A stretch of 31,927 nt of DNA from a virus (taxonomy: Duplodnaviria; Caudoviricetes). The translations under genes and the position numbers were made by a program. Under the pieces are notes generated by a model. It had not been told where the DNA came from. It worked only from the letters and a program-made list of their open reading frames with translations, and searched no databases. The stretch spans positions 1 through 31,927 of IMG/VR virus record IMGVR_UViG_3300042807_000639; one strand, written 5' to 3'. Of the stretch, positions 8,164-16,002 are shown in pieces (positions within the stretch are counted from its first letter, which is position 1; each line of letters begins with the position of its first letter).

Positions 8164-11100
8164 GCGAACTCATCATTGGTGCGGGCGGTGGCGGCAAAGG
8201 AGGCGGAGGCAGCGCCCGTGTGGCTAAAGAAGCCCCCGATAGCCTGCGCTCCAAAGCCTACGCGCGGGTGGTCGATCTCATGTCCGAGGGCGAGATCGAA
8301 GGCCTGGTAGACGGCCTCCAATCGGTCTATCTGGATGAAACGCCCATTCAGAACGCCGACGGCTCGACCAATTTCTCTGGTGTCACTCTGGAGACCCGTA
8401 ACGGCAGCCAGCAGCAAAGCTATGTGCCCGGGTTCTCGTCCGTTGAGAACGAGGTGGTCGTAGGGGTCGAGGTCAAGGCGAGCCAGCCGGTGGTGCGCTC
8501 CATCACCGACCCGGATGTGGATGCGGTGCGGGTCAAGGTGAGCGTGCCGCAACTCACCAACCAGGACACGACCAATGGCGATCTGAACGGCAGTACGGTG
8601 ACTTTTGCCATCGATCGCCAGGTCAATGGCGGAGGGTTCGTGGAGATCATCAACGACACGATCTCCGGCAAGACCACCACCAAATACCAGCGCAGCTACT
8701 ACGTGCCTCTCACGGGTAGTGGCCCCTGGGACATCCGAGTGCGGCGCATCACGGCGGACTCTACGTCGAGTTCTGTGCAGAACAAGACCTTTGTCGACTC
8801 GTACACCGAGGTCATCGAGAGCAAGCTGCGCTATCCCAACAGCGCCCTGGTGGCGCTCAGGGTCGATGCCTCGCAGTTCTCGAGCATCCCGCGGCGCAGC
8901 TATGACATGAAGCTGCTGCGGGTTCGAGTCCCGGCGAACTACGATCCGACCACCCGAGCCTACAGCGGTGTGTGGAACGGCACCTTCAAGATCGCCTGGA
9001 CCGATAACCCCGCCTGGTGCTTTTACGACTTGGTCACCAGCACCCGCTACGGTCTGGGTGGCTACATCCCCGAATCGCAGGTCGACAAGTGGGCGCTTTA
9101 CCGGGTGGCCCAATACTGCGATCAACCGGTTCCCAACGGGCTGGGCGGGTTTGAGCCGCGCTTCACCTGCAACCTGTACCTCCAGACTCGGGAGCAGGCT
9201 TACAAGGTCGTGCAGGACATGGCCTCGATCTTTAGGGGCATGGTGTATTGGTCGGGTGGCGCAATCACCGTCACGCAGGATGCACCCGTTGATCCGATCT
9301 ACCAGTTCGCTCCCAGCAACGTCGTGGATGGCGAGTTTGCCTACCAAGGGTCGTCAGCCAAGGCGCGGCACACTGTTGCTTTGGTCACTTGGAACGACCC
9401 CGAGGACTTTTACCGTCAGAAGGTGGAGTACGTTGAGGATGCCACCGGCATCGCCCGCTACGGCATCGTGCAGAGCGAAGTGGTGGCGCTGGGTTGCACC
9501 TCACGGGGACAGGCCCATCGTGTGGGAAAGTGGCTCTTGTACTCCGAGCAGTCGGAGTCCGAGATCGTCACCTTCCGCACGGGTCTGGAAGGCGCCGTGG
9601 TTCGCCCGGGTGACGTTATCAAGGTGGCTGATCCGGTTCGAGGAGGCATGCGCCTTGGCGGCCGCATCGCTGCGGCAACGGCGGGCACGGTCACGCTGGA
9701 CCAGGACCTGCCCGCTGAACTTCCTTGGCGGCTATCAGTCATCCTGCCCACAGGGGTCGTTGAAGAGCGGCTGGTGGGACCGATTGCGGGTCGAACCCTG
9801 ACGGTGACGATCCCGTTCAGTGCGGTGCCACAGGCGGGCGCCATCTGGGTGCTTTCCTCCTCCATCATCGAGCCCCAGCTCTTTCGGGTGGTGGCGGTCG
9901 CCGAGCGGGACCCCGGTGTGCATGAAGTCACCGCGCTCGCACACAACCCGAGCAAGTTCGATGCGATTGAGAAAGGACTGGCGTTGCAGCCCCGCTCGAT
10001 CACGGTGCTCTCGGACATGCCAGCCGCGCCGACCGGCTTGGCTATGCAGGAGAGCCTGTACCGTGTCAAAGACCAAGCCCAGGTTCTGGTGCAGGTGTCG
10101 TGGAATGAGGTTCAGACCGCGGTCGCATACCGACTTTCGTATCGCGTGGCGGGTGGCAATTTCGTGAGCTTGCCGCTCATAACCGCCAACTACGTCGAAA
10201 TCCGGGATGCGCAAGAGGGGCAGTATGAATTCAGCCTGCGGGCGATCGGCATCAATCGCAAGGAGAGCGTCCCGGCGACCTTCAGCGCCACGGTGCTCGG
10301 AAAGACCCTGCCACCGTCGGATGTCACGGGCTTCCAGGTCCAGCGCCGCGTGTCGGATCTCCTGCTTCGGTGGGACGAACTCCAGGACGCCGATTTGGCC
10401 GGCTACGAGGTGCGTGTTGGTGCGAGCTGGGACAACGGCCAACTCGTCGCCAAAACCGCCGGCACGCAGATGGTCCATGACCAAGATGCCGCCGGGCAGT
10501 ACCCGTATCACATTCGGGCCTATGACACCTCAGGTAACTACAGCGCTCACGTCACGACTTTTGTCCTGAGCTTACAAGCCCCCTCCACGGTTCGGCAGTT
10601 CGACGTAGTGCAGTCGGCCAACCGGCTGGAGTTTCGTTGGCAGCCCAACCCCGAGCCTGAAGTCGTCGGGTACGAACTGCGCGAAGGCGCCGCCTGGGAT
10701 GCCTCGCTCTTTGTGGCTGAGGTCAAGTCCACCAGCTACACGCTGCCCTCGGGTTTTGATGGTGAGCGTAAGTTCTGGATCAAGGCAATCGCATCGCCCG
10801 GCATTTACAGCGACACGCCGACCTTTGTGACCACCGTGGTCGCCCAGCCGCAAAACGCCAACCTGATCCTTGAACGCGACGAGCAGGCCCTCGGATTCCC
10901 CGGCACCAAGCATTTCGCATCAGTGGTTTCGGTCAATGGCCGCAATGTGCTGCGCATGAGCACCGGCGCCCGGACAGCCGAGTACCTCTTTGAGGTGGAT
11001 CTGGTTTCACCCATTCGCGCCCAGAACACGCTGCTCAACAGCCTGGGTGCCTCTGTGGATGACCGCACCACCTGGCTGGAAGCGAATTTCCCCTGGGGCA

Positions 11101-11660
11101 GCGAAGCGGCCCGACGCCAGTGGGCCTCCGATGGCGCCCTTGCCAACGTGGATGCACGGTTCCAGATCGCCCGGGAAGATGCACTTCAGGCTGGAGAAAT
11201 CTACGGCTGGCGGCTGAATGGATCGATCGCAGGAATCGGCAATCCCACGGCCACCCAATCGGCAGGTGTGTCCTACGGCGCGGGTCGCTACGGCGAGGGC
11301 CTGATGGTCAAGGACACCACCAAAGTCGCATGGACGGTGAGCATCCCGGCGGTGTTCCACACCTCGTTCTGGTTCATCCCCGCCGAAATCACGACCTGCG
11401 TCATCTGGACTGCGACTGGCGCAGGCGTGTGGCTCCTCGTGGGTTACGACGCGAGCACCGGCTCTTTCTTTCTTGAGGACCAGCTGTCGCGCCGAGTCAG
11501 TGTGCCGTTCGCGGTGGCCAATTCAGACCGTATCTGTCTCGGCATTTGCCAGACCGCGACCGAGCGGCGCCTGTTTGTCGGCGAAATCGGCGGCGATGTC
11601 GAGGCTGCAACTGCCTCGCTAGCCCCCGTCGGCAGTTTCACCAGCTTGCGTCTGTACTAA
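8160..11660 (+). CDS. Host-specificity / central tail tip protein gpJ-like with FN3-like repeats and an extended C-terminus
   Basis: SEGEIEGLV, AWTDNPAWCFYD, EPRFTCN, GCTSRGQAHRVGKW; repeated W...GYE.R.G..WD FN3-like units. Confidence 0.95.
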   Translation: MSELIIGAGGGGKGGGGSARVAKEAPDSLRSKAYARVVDLMSEGEIEGLVDGLQSVYLDETPIQNADGSTNFSGVTLETRNGSQQQSYVPGFSSVENEVVVGVEVKASQPVVRSITDPDVDAVRVKVSVPQLTNQDTTNGDLNGSTVTFAIDRQVNGGGFVEIINDTISGKTTTKYQRSYYVPLTGSGPWDIRVRRITADSTSSSVQNKTFVDSYTEVIESKLRYPNSALVALRVDASQFSSIPRRSYDMKLLRVRVPANYDPTTRAYSGVWNGTFKIAWTDNPAWCFYDLVTSTRYGLGGYIPESQVDKWALYRVAQYCDQPVPNGLGGFEPRFTCNLYLQTREQAYKVVQDMASIFRGMVYWSGGAITVTQDAPVDPIYQFAPSNVVDGEFAYQGSSAKARHTVALVTWNDPEDFYRQKVEYVEDATGIARYGIVQSEVVALGCTSRGQAHRVGKWLLYSEQSESEIVTFRTGLEGAVVRPGDVIKVADPVRGGMRLGGRIAAATAGTVTLDQDLPAELPWRLSVILPTGVVEERLVGPIAGRTLTVTIPFSAVPQAGAIWVLSSSIIEPQLFRVVAVAERDPGVHEVTALAHNPSKFDAIEKGLALQPRSITVLSDMPAAPTGLAMQESLYRVKDQAQVLVQVSWNEVQTAVAYRLSYRVAGGNFVSLPLITANYVEIRDAQEGQYEFSLRAIGINRKESVPATFSATVLGKTLPPSDVTGFQVQRRVSDLLLRWDELQDADLAGYEVRVGASWDNGQLVAKTAGTQMVHDQDAAGQYPYHIRAYDTSGNYSAHVTTFVLSLQAPSTVRQFDVVQSANRLEFRWQPNPEPEVVGYELREGAAWDASLFVAEVKSTSYTLPSGFDGERKFWIKAIASPGIYSDTPTFVTTVVAQPQNANLILERDEQALGFPGTKHFASVVSVNGRNVLRMSTGARTAEYLFEVDLVSPIRAQNTLLNSLGASVDDRTTWLEANFPWGSEAARRQWASDGALANVDARFQIAREDALQAGEIYGWRLNGSIAGIGNPTATQSAGVSYGAGRYGEGLMVKDTTKVAWTVSIPAVFHTSFWFIPAEITTCVIWTATGAGVWLLVGYDASTGSFFLEDQLSRRVSVPFAVANSDRICLGICQTATERRLFVGEIGGDVEAATASLAPVGSFTSLRLY

Positions 11661-11678
11661 ACCCCTTCCCCCCAACCG

Positions 11679-11714
11679 TGGCGCTGTTCTCGCAAGAGGC
11701 AGCGCCATTTTTTT
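11679..11714 (+). terminator. Rho-independent terminator-like hairpin after gpJ
   Basis: TGGCGCTGTTCTC-GCAA-GAGGCAGCGCCA (one bulge, one G-U pair) followed by T7. Confidence 0.75.
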
Positions 11715-11728
11715 ACCGAGGACTTTTC

Positions 11729-12175
11729 ATGATCGACGAATCCATGCAGCTTCATGGCGCAATGACCCTCATCCTTCGCCGCGCCAATGGCGAGGTGGAG
11801 ACCACCCACAAAGACAACATCATCGTGAACGTCGGGTTCGATTTCATTGCCGACGCCATCGGCAAGGCAGCAACCCGCCCCGCGGTGATGGGTTTTATCG
11901 CGCTCGGCACCGGCACAACCGCAGCCGCAGCGACTCAGTCAGCCCTGGTGACAGAGCTCGATCGAAACGCCGCCACCTACGCCCACACGGCGGGCACCAA
12001 GACCTTCACCTTCACGGCTGATTTTCTGGCCGGTGATGGCACCGGGGCGATCACCGAGGCCGGCGTATTCAACGCCGCCACGGCCGGCATCATGCTCGAC
12101 CGCGTGGTGTTCCCGGTGGTCAATAAAGGCGCCGATGACAGCTTGACCGCTGTATTCACCTTCACCATGAGCTGA
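11729..12175 (+). CDS. Putative tail structural / fibre-attachment protein (148 aa)
   Basis: GAGGA RBS at 11718. The motifs IALGTG...ELDR...ITEAGVFNA...MLDRVVF..VNK resemble fibre-collar/anchor-type domains. Start reassigned from 11546. Confidence 0.65.
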   Translation: MIDESMQLHGAMTLILRRANGEVETTHKDNIIVNVGFDFIADAIGKAATRPAVMGFIALGTGTTAAAATQSALVTELDRNAATYAHTAGTKTFTFTADFLAGDGTGAITEAGVFNAATAGIMLDRVVFPVVNKGADDSLTAVFTFTMS

Positions 12176-12180
12176 TCGTC

Positions 12181-13533
12181 ATGCCTGATACGGTGACGGT
12201 CACCGAGTCCCCCGGCACCCGCTACACCTGGGCTTCGGCCGGATTCACATGGGCCAGCGCAGGCGCTGCGAAAAGCTGGAGCACTGCGTACCCCTCTGTG
12301 CACAGCGTCGCTGTAGCCGTGACGCTTGCATTGGTGGAAACAACGGCACGCAGGACGACCAAGCGACCAAGGGAAAATCTTCCATTCGCGGAGGGCCGCA
12401 AACATCTCCTGACTTTACGTGAGTCGGAAACGCTTGGCTTCGCTGAAACGTACTCAGACCTCATCGCGTTTGTGCTGCGCTGGCTCGAGACGATGTCCTT
12501 TGCCGAAGGCATCTCCAAAGCGAGCCGTAAGGCTGCACAGGAAACCTTTCAGACGTCGGACTACCTGTCCCGTATGGTCACCAAGCGGTCCGCGGAAAAC
12601 CTCTCGCTGGCCGATGCACTCCGCCAACTCGCCACCCTGCGCTTCGCTGAATCTTTGCCGATCGCAGAGGCCGCGCGTCGTGGCGTCACCAAGGCCAGCG
12701 CCGAGTCAATTGGCACGGGCGATGACCTTGATCGGGTGATAGCCAAGCGAATCAGCGAGGCGATCAACTTCGCAGAGACCTACGCCGACCTGATCGCCTT
12801 TCTACTGCGGATCAGCGAAGGCCTCGGGGTCAGTGATCTGGGTGCCAAGCAGGTCCGAAAGCCGATCGCGGAAGCCTTTGCGACCACCGATCGGGCGGCC
12901 CGACGCACCCTCAAGCGCGTGGCCGAAGCCGTCGCTATCGCGGAGGCACTCGGCCAAACGGTGGCCTATCGGCGCTTTCTCAACGAAGGGCTGGCTGTTG
13001 GCGACTCACTAAAACGGGCACTGCGGATCAACCCCAGTGAAGCACTGGCGCTTGCCGAGCAGTACCGCCGACGCGCAAACGGCGTGATCAGCGACATGAT
13101 CGTCTCCAGCAGCGAGATCACCGAGGATGATTTCGCCAGCATCGTCGAAGCCGGCCACCCGCCCGGCTACACCGACTTTAGGGACTTCATTCAGGGCGAC
13201 TACAGCTACCGGCGCGCGCTGTATCGGGCGATCATCAGCTCGCGTAATTCCGATCGCGGCTTCATCGATGCCCTGCGCGTGACAGTCGATGTGCCCGACA
13301 TCTTCGATCGCGGCACAGCACAGATCACCGACGCCACTGCGGGTGCAACGATCACCTTCACCCGCAGCTTCCGCGTGCCACCCGACGTCACGATGACCCA
13401 TAAAGGCGGAACGGCAGTCGCCATTCCCCGCCTGCTGGGCGCAATCACTACAGGCGGCTTCTCCGCCATCCTCGAAAACAGCGCCGGCACCCGCGTGGCC
13501 GGCTCCTTCACCTGGATTGCACAGGGGTACTGA
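12181..13533 (+). CDS. Putative tail fibre-associated protein with 18/20-aa tandem repeats and a C-terminal beta domain
   Basis: About 13 E-x-hydrophobic-x-x-(A/S/T/G)-(E/D) units; C-terminal ITFTRSFRVPPDV...FTWIAQGY. Confidence 0.65.
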   Translation: MPDTVTVTESPGTRYTWASAGFTWASAGAAKSWSTAYPSVHSVAVAVTLALVETTARRTTKRPRENLPFAEGRKHLLTLRESETLGFAETYSDLIAFVLRWLETMSFAEGISKASRKAAQETFQTSDYLSRMVTKRSAENLSLADALRQLATLRFAESLPIAEAARRGVTKASAESIGTGDDLDRVIAKRISEAINFAETYADLIAFLLRISEGLGVSDLGAKQVRKPIAEAFATTDRAARRTLKRVAEAVAIAEALGQTVAYRRFLNEGLAVGDSLKRALRINPSEALALAEQYRRRANGVISDMIVSSSEITEDDFASIVEAGHPPGYTDFRDFIQGDYSYRRALYRAIISSRNSDRGFIDALRVTVDVPDIFDRGTAQITDATAGATITFTRSFRVPPDVTMTHKGGTAVAIPRLLGAITTGGFSAILENSAGTRVAGSFTWIAQGY

Positions 13534-14436
13534 ATGCAAAACTTCACCGACATACCGTCGTCCAGAACGCTCTCGGATTCGCTCATCGAGATCCTGAACA
13601 ACGACAAGACCGCCATCTCCTGCAACAGCGGCACCACCTTCCCGACGACCAACCTGCAAATCGGGATGCTCTGCTACCGCACGGACCAGCTGAAGCTCTA
13701 CCAGTTGATCGGCACCAACCCGGACACCTGGCGGCTCATCATGGACCTGGCCAGTGGCATCGACACGCAGTTTGCAGCCAAGCTCAATGCCGCGTCCTAC
13801 ACCGCGGCCGATGTGCTGGCCAAACTGATCACTGTCGATGGCGCGGGCACCGGACTCGATGCCGACCTGCTCGATGGTCAGCACGCGAGTGCGTTTGCAT
13901 CCAGCACGCACAACCACAACGCCACGTATCTGGGCCTCACCGCCAAGGCGGCAGACGCCGACAAACTGGACGGCTACGACTCCACCGCGTTTGTGCGCTC
14001 GGTCAATGGCGCGGGGCCCGATGCCAACGGCAACGCCACGGTGACCATTGATCTGTCCAGCCGAGTCGCCAAAACCGGCGACACGATGACGGGGAATCTG
14101 ACGATTCAGAGCACCGCCCCGACCATCACCATGCAGGACACCGACAACGTCAATCGCCACCTGCATGTAAACAGCAACCTGATGGGTTTCCTGAAATCCG
14201 ACGGCAACTGGGACATGTACATGAACAACGCCGGGTCGCTTTGGACCGCGAACTACGGCTGGCTGCATGACTACTTCGGCACCAAAGCGAACGAGATCAC
14301 CGGGGTCACGGTGGTCAATGGCAACTGCGGGTCTTTCGCCGCCCCTGCCAGCTTCTATCTGGACAAACCCAACGGCAACACCGTCCGGCTGGTGCGCACC
14401 TTCACCAACTGCAACTGCGACTGCGGCAACAGCTGA
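13534..14436 (+). CDS. Side tail fibre / receptor-binding protein with a Cys/Asn-rich C-terminus
   Basis: Fibre-type motifs GAGTGLDADLLDG, THNH, ADKLDG, VRSVNG, VAKTGDTMTGNL and WTANYGWLHDYF; ends FTNCNCDCGNS. Confidence 0.8.
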   Translation: MQNFTDIPSSRTLSDSLIEILNNDKTAISCNSGTTFPTTNLQIGMLCYRTDQLKLYQLIGTNPDTWRLIMDLASGIDTQFAAKLNAASYTAADVLAKLITVDGAGTGLDADLLDGQHASAFASSTHNHNATYLGLTAKAADADKLDGYDSTAFVRSVNGAGPDANGNATVTIDLSSRVAKTGDTMTGNLTIQSTAPTITMQDTDNVNRHLHVNSNLMGFLKSDGNWDMYMNNAGSLWTANYGWLHDYFGTKANEITGVTVVNGNCGSFAAPASFYLDKPNGNTVRLVRTFTNCNCDCGNS

Positions 14437-14447
14437 AAGGACACCCC

Positions 14448-15188
14448 ATGAAACTGGCCATCACACGCACCCAATTCGCCTTCGGGCTTCGCGCCGCGCC
14501 ACTTGCAGCAGGTTGGGAAATGACCTGGCTACGGGACGACCCGCCCTGCGCCCGGACGGTGGTGATCGACGAAGCATTCGTGCGTGCGCGCTGCGGCCCG
14601 CGCGAGCTGGCCGACTGCACCAGCCTCTACGTTGAGATCGATCTGGCCAGCGGCCTGATCAGCCGCGTCCACAATCGCTATGCCACGACTTTGCTCACCA
14701 AAAACAACGGCCGCGAATACGCCCTCAAAAACAGCACGCTGATCGCCGCCCAGATCTACATCCCCTTCGCAGACAGCCCCGTCACCGACTGGGTCATGCG
14801 CGCCAACGCCAACCCGGACTTCGGCATCGACATCCCGGCAGACACTGAGGAGGTGGCGAACACCAGCGCGGCATTTCTGGCATTTGCCAAACGGGTGCAT
14901 CCCTCGATCAACATCCTCGGGGTGGTGCCCATCGATTCAGCCGCGGGGGTGTTCGAGGTGGAAGCACAACTCAGCCTTCACGATCAGCCCTGCCAGCGCG
15001 AAGGTGTGCGGCTCTTCGTCAACAGCGAATCGGGGTATCTCAACAAACGCGAAGCCTTCACCGACCCCGAGGGCATCGCCCGCTTTCGCGCTCGCCGCCT
15101 CGATCTCGCGGCAGAGGACATCATGCAGGTCGAGCTTGGCTTCAAATTCTCGCGCAACGTCTGCCGTGTTGACATTCCGCACCGCTGA
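14448..15188 (+). CDS. Hypothetical protein, possible C-terminal Ig-like domain
   Basis: AAGGA RBS at about 14437-14441; FTDPEGIARF resembles the TDxxGxAxF pattern of bacterial Ig-like folds. Confidence 0.6.
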   Translation: MKLAITRTQFAFGLRAAPLAAGWEMTWLRDDPPCARTVVIDEAFVRARCGPRELADCTSLYVEIDLASGLISRVHNRYATTLLTKNNGREYALKNSTLIAAQIYIPFADSPVTDWVMRANANPDFGIDIPADTEEVANTSAAFLAFAKRVHPSINILGVVPIDSAAGVFEVEAQLSLHDQPCQREGVRLFVNSESGYLNKREAFTDPEGIARFRARRLDLAAEDIMQVELGFKFSRNVCRVDIPHR

Positions 15189-15210
15189 TTGCCCGCCGGA
15201 TGACACGCTG

Positions 15211-15999
15211 ATGGCGTGGATCAAGCGGCACACGCCATGGCAGTCACTCCCGCGCCAGTTTGACCCGACGCTGCAGATTCCCGGCTTCTCAATCGACCAC
15301 GCAGCCATCGCGGCTGAAATTGAGTCACTCGCCCAAAGCGCACCCTTTCATCACTGGCGCTCGCAGCCCCCCGGCGCGCTCTACGGCATGAGCCTCTCAT
15401 ACGACCCCGACGCCCCCGCGCAGGAATGGCACTCCGGCAGTTTCGGGCATCCGCGTTACCGCACTCTGCCCCCGACCGAGTATTTCACCGCCCCGGAGCG
15501 AGAACGACACACCGCACCACGCGGGGACTATCTGGACAGCCTCGGCTTCCGCAAACTCATCCCCGAAATCGACCGGCTGCCGGCACTCAGCGCATTCTTC
15601 AATCGCTTCAAGATGCCGGTGGTGCGGGCCACACTTCGCATCCTCGATGGTCGCAAGGTGGCCCCCACCTGCAACGACCATGGCGGGATGCATCAGGACG
15701 ACCCGCCTGAAGAAGTGCTGCGCATCAACCTCTGCATCACCGGCAGCCCTGACTTCGGTTTGCAGTACCGCGGCCAGCCGCCGCTCTCCGCAGTTGCAGG
15801 CGATCACCTCGTCATCAATTCCGATGCCGACCACCGCGTGTGGGTGGCTCGTAAAACTCCGCTGCAACGCATCCACCTCGTGCTGGGCCTCGTGCCCTGG
15901 CTCGATTACGACGCGGCGACCGCCACCTGGACCCCCAACCGCCACCTCGGCAAAACCCACCCCTTCGACCTCATTCGAGCAGGCCTTGCATGGGAGTAA
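15211..15999 (+). CDS. Fe(II)/2-oxoglutarate oxygenase, aspartyl/asparaginyl beta-hydroxylase-like
   Basis: HQD (15691), RINLCI, distal H in DHRV (15832) and RIHLV (15868), i.e. HxD...H facial triad plus 2OG-binding Arg. Start is uncertain (ATG 15211 or TTG 15169). Confidence 0.75.
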   Translation: MAWIKRHTPWQSLPRQFDPTLQIPGFSIDHAAIAAEIESLAQSAPFHHWRSQPPGALYGMSLSYDPDAPAQEWHSGSFGHPRYRTLPPTEYFTAPERERHTAPRGDYLDSLGFRKLIPEIDRLPALSAFFNRFKMPVVRATLRILDGRKVAPTCNDHGGMHQDDPPEEVLRINLCITGSPDFGLQYRGQPPLSAVAGDHLVINSDADHRVWVARKTPLQRIHLVLGLVPWLDYDAATATWTPNRHLGKTHPFDLIRAGLAWE

Positions 16000-16002
16000 T
16001 CA

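Noticed and set aside
8094-9347. 417-aa antisense ORF (likewise 13009-14268, 3722-4627, 20594-21553, 22187-23134, 24296-25534)
   Set aside because: These lie opposite well-supported genes and show no motifs; long shadow frames are expected in GC-rich DNA.
13534-14436. Diversity-generating retroelement target (AAC-rich 3' end of the fibre gene)
   Set aside because: No reverse transcriptase and no second near-identical template repeat in the window; one elsewhere in the genome cannot be excluded.
14884-15210. N-terminal 109 aa of the 371-aa ORF-track entry
   Set aside because: It overlaps the 246-aa gene out of frame and has Ser/Pro/Ala-rich shadow composition; the real start is near 15211.
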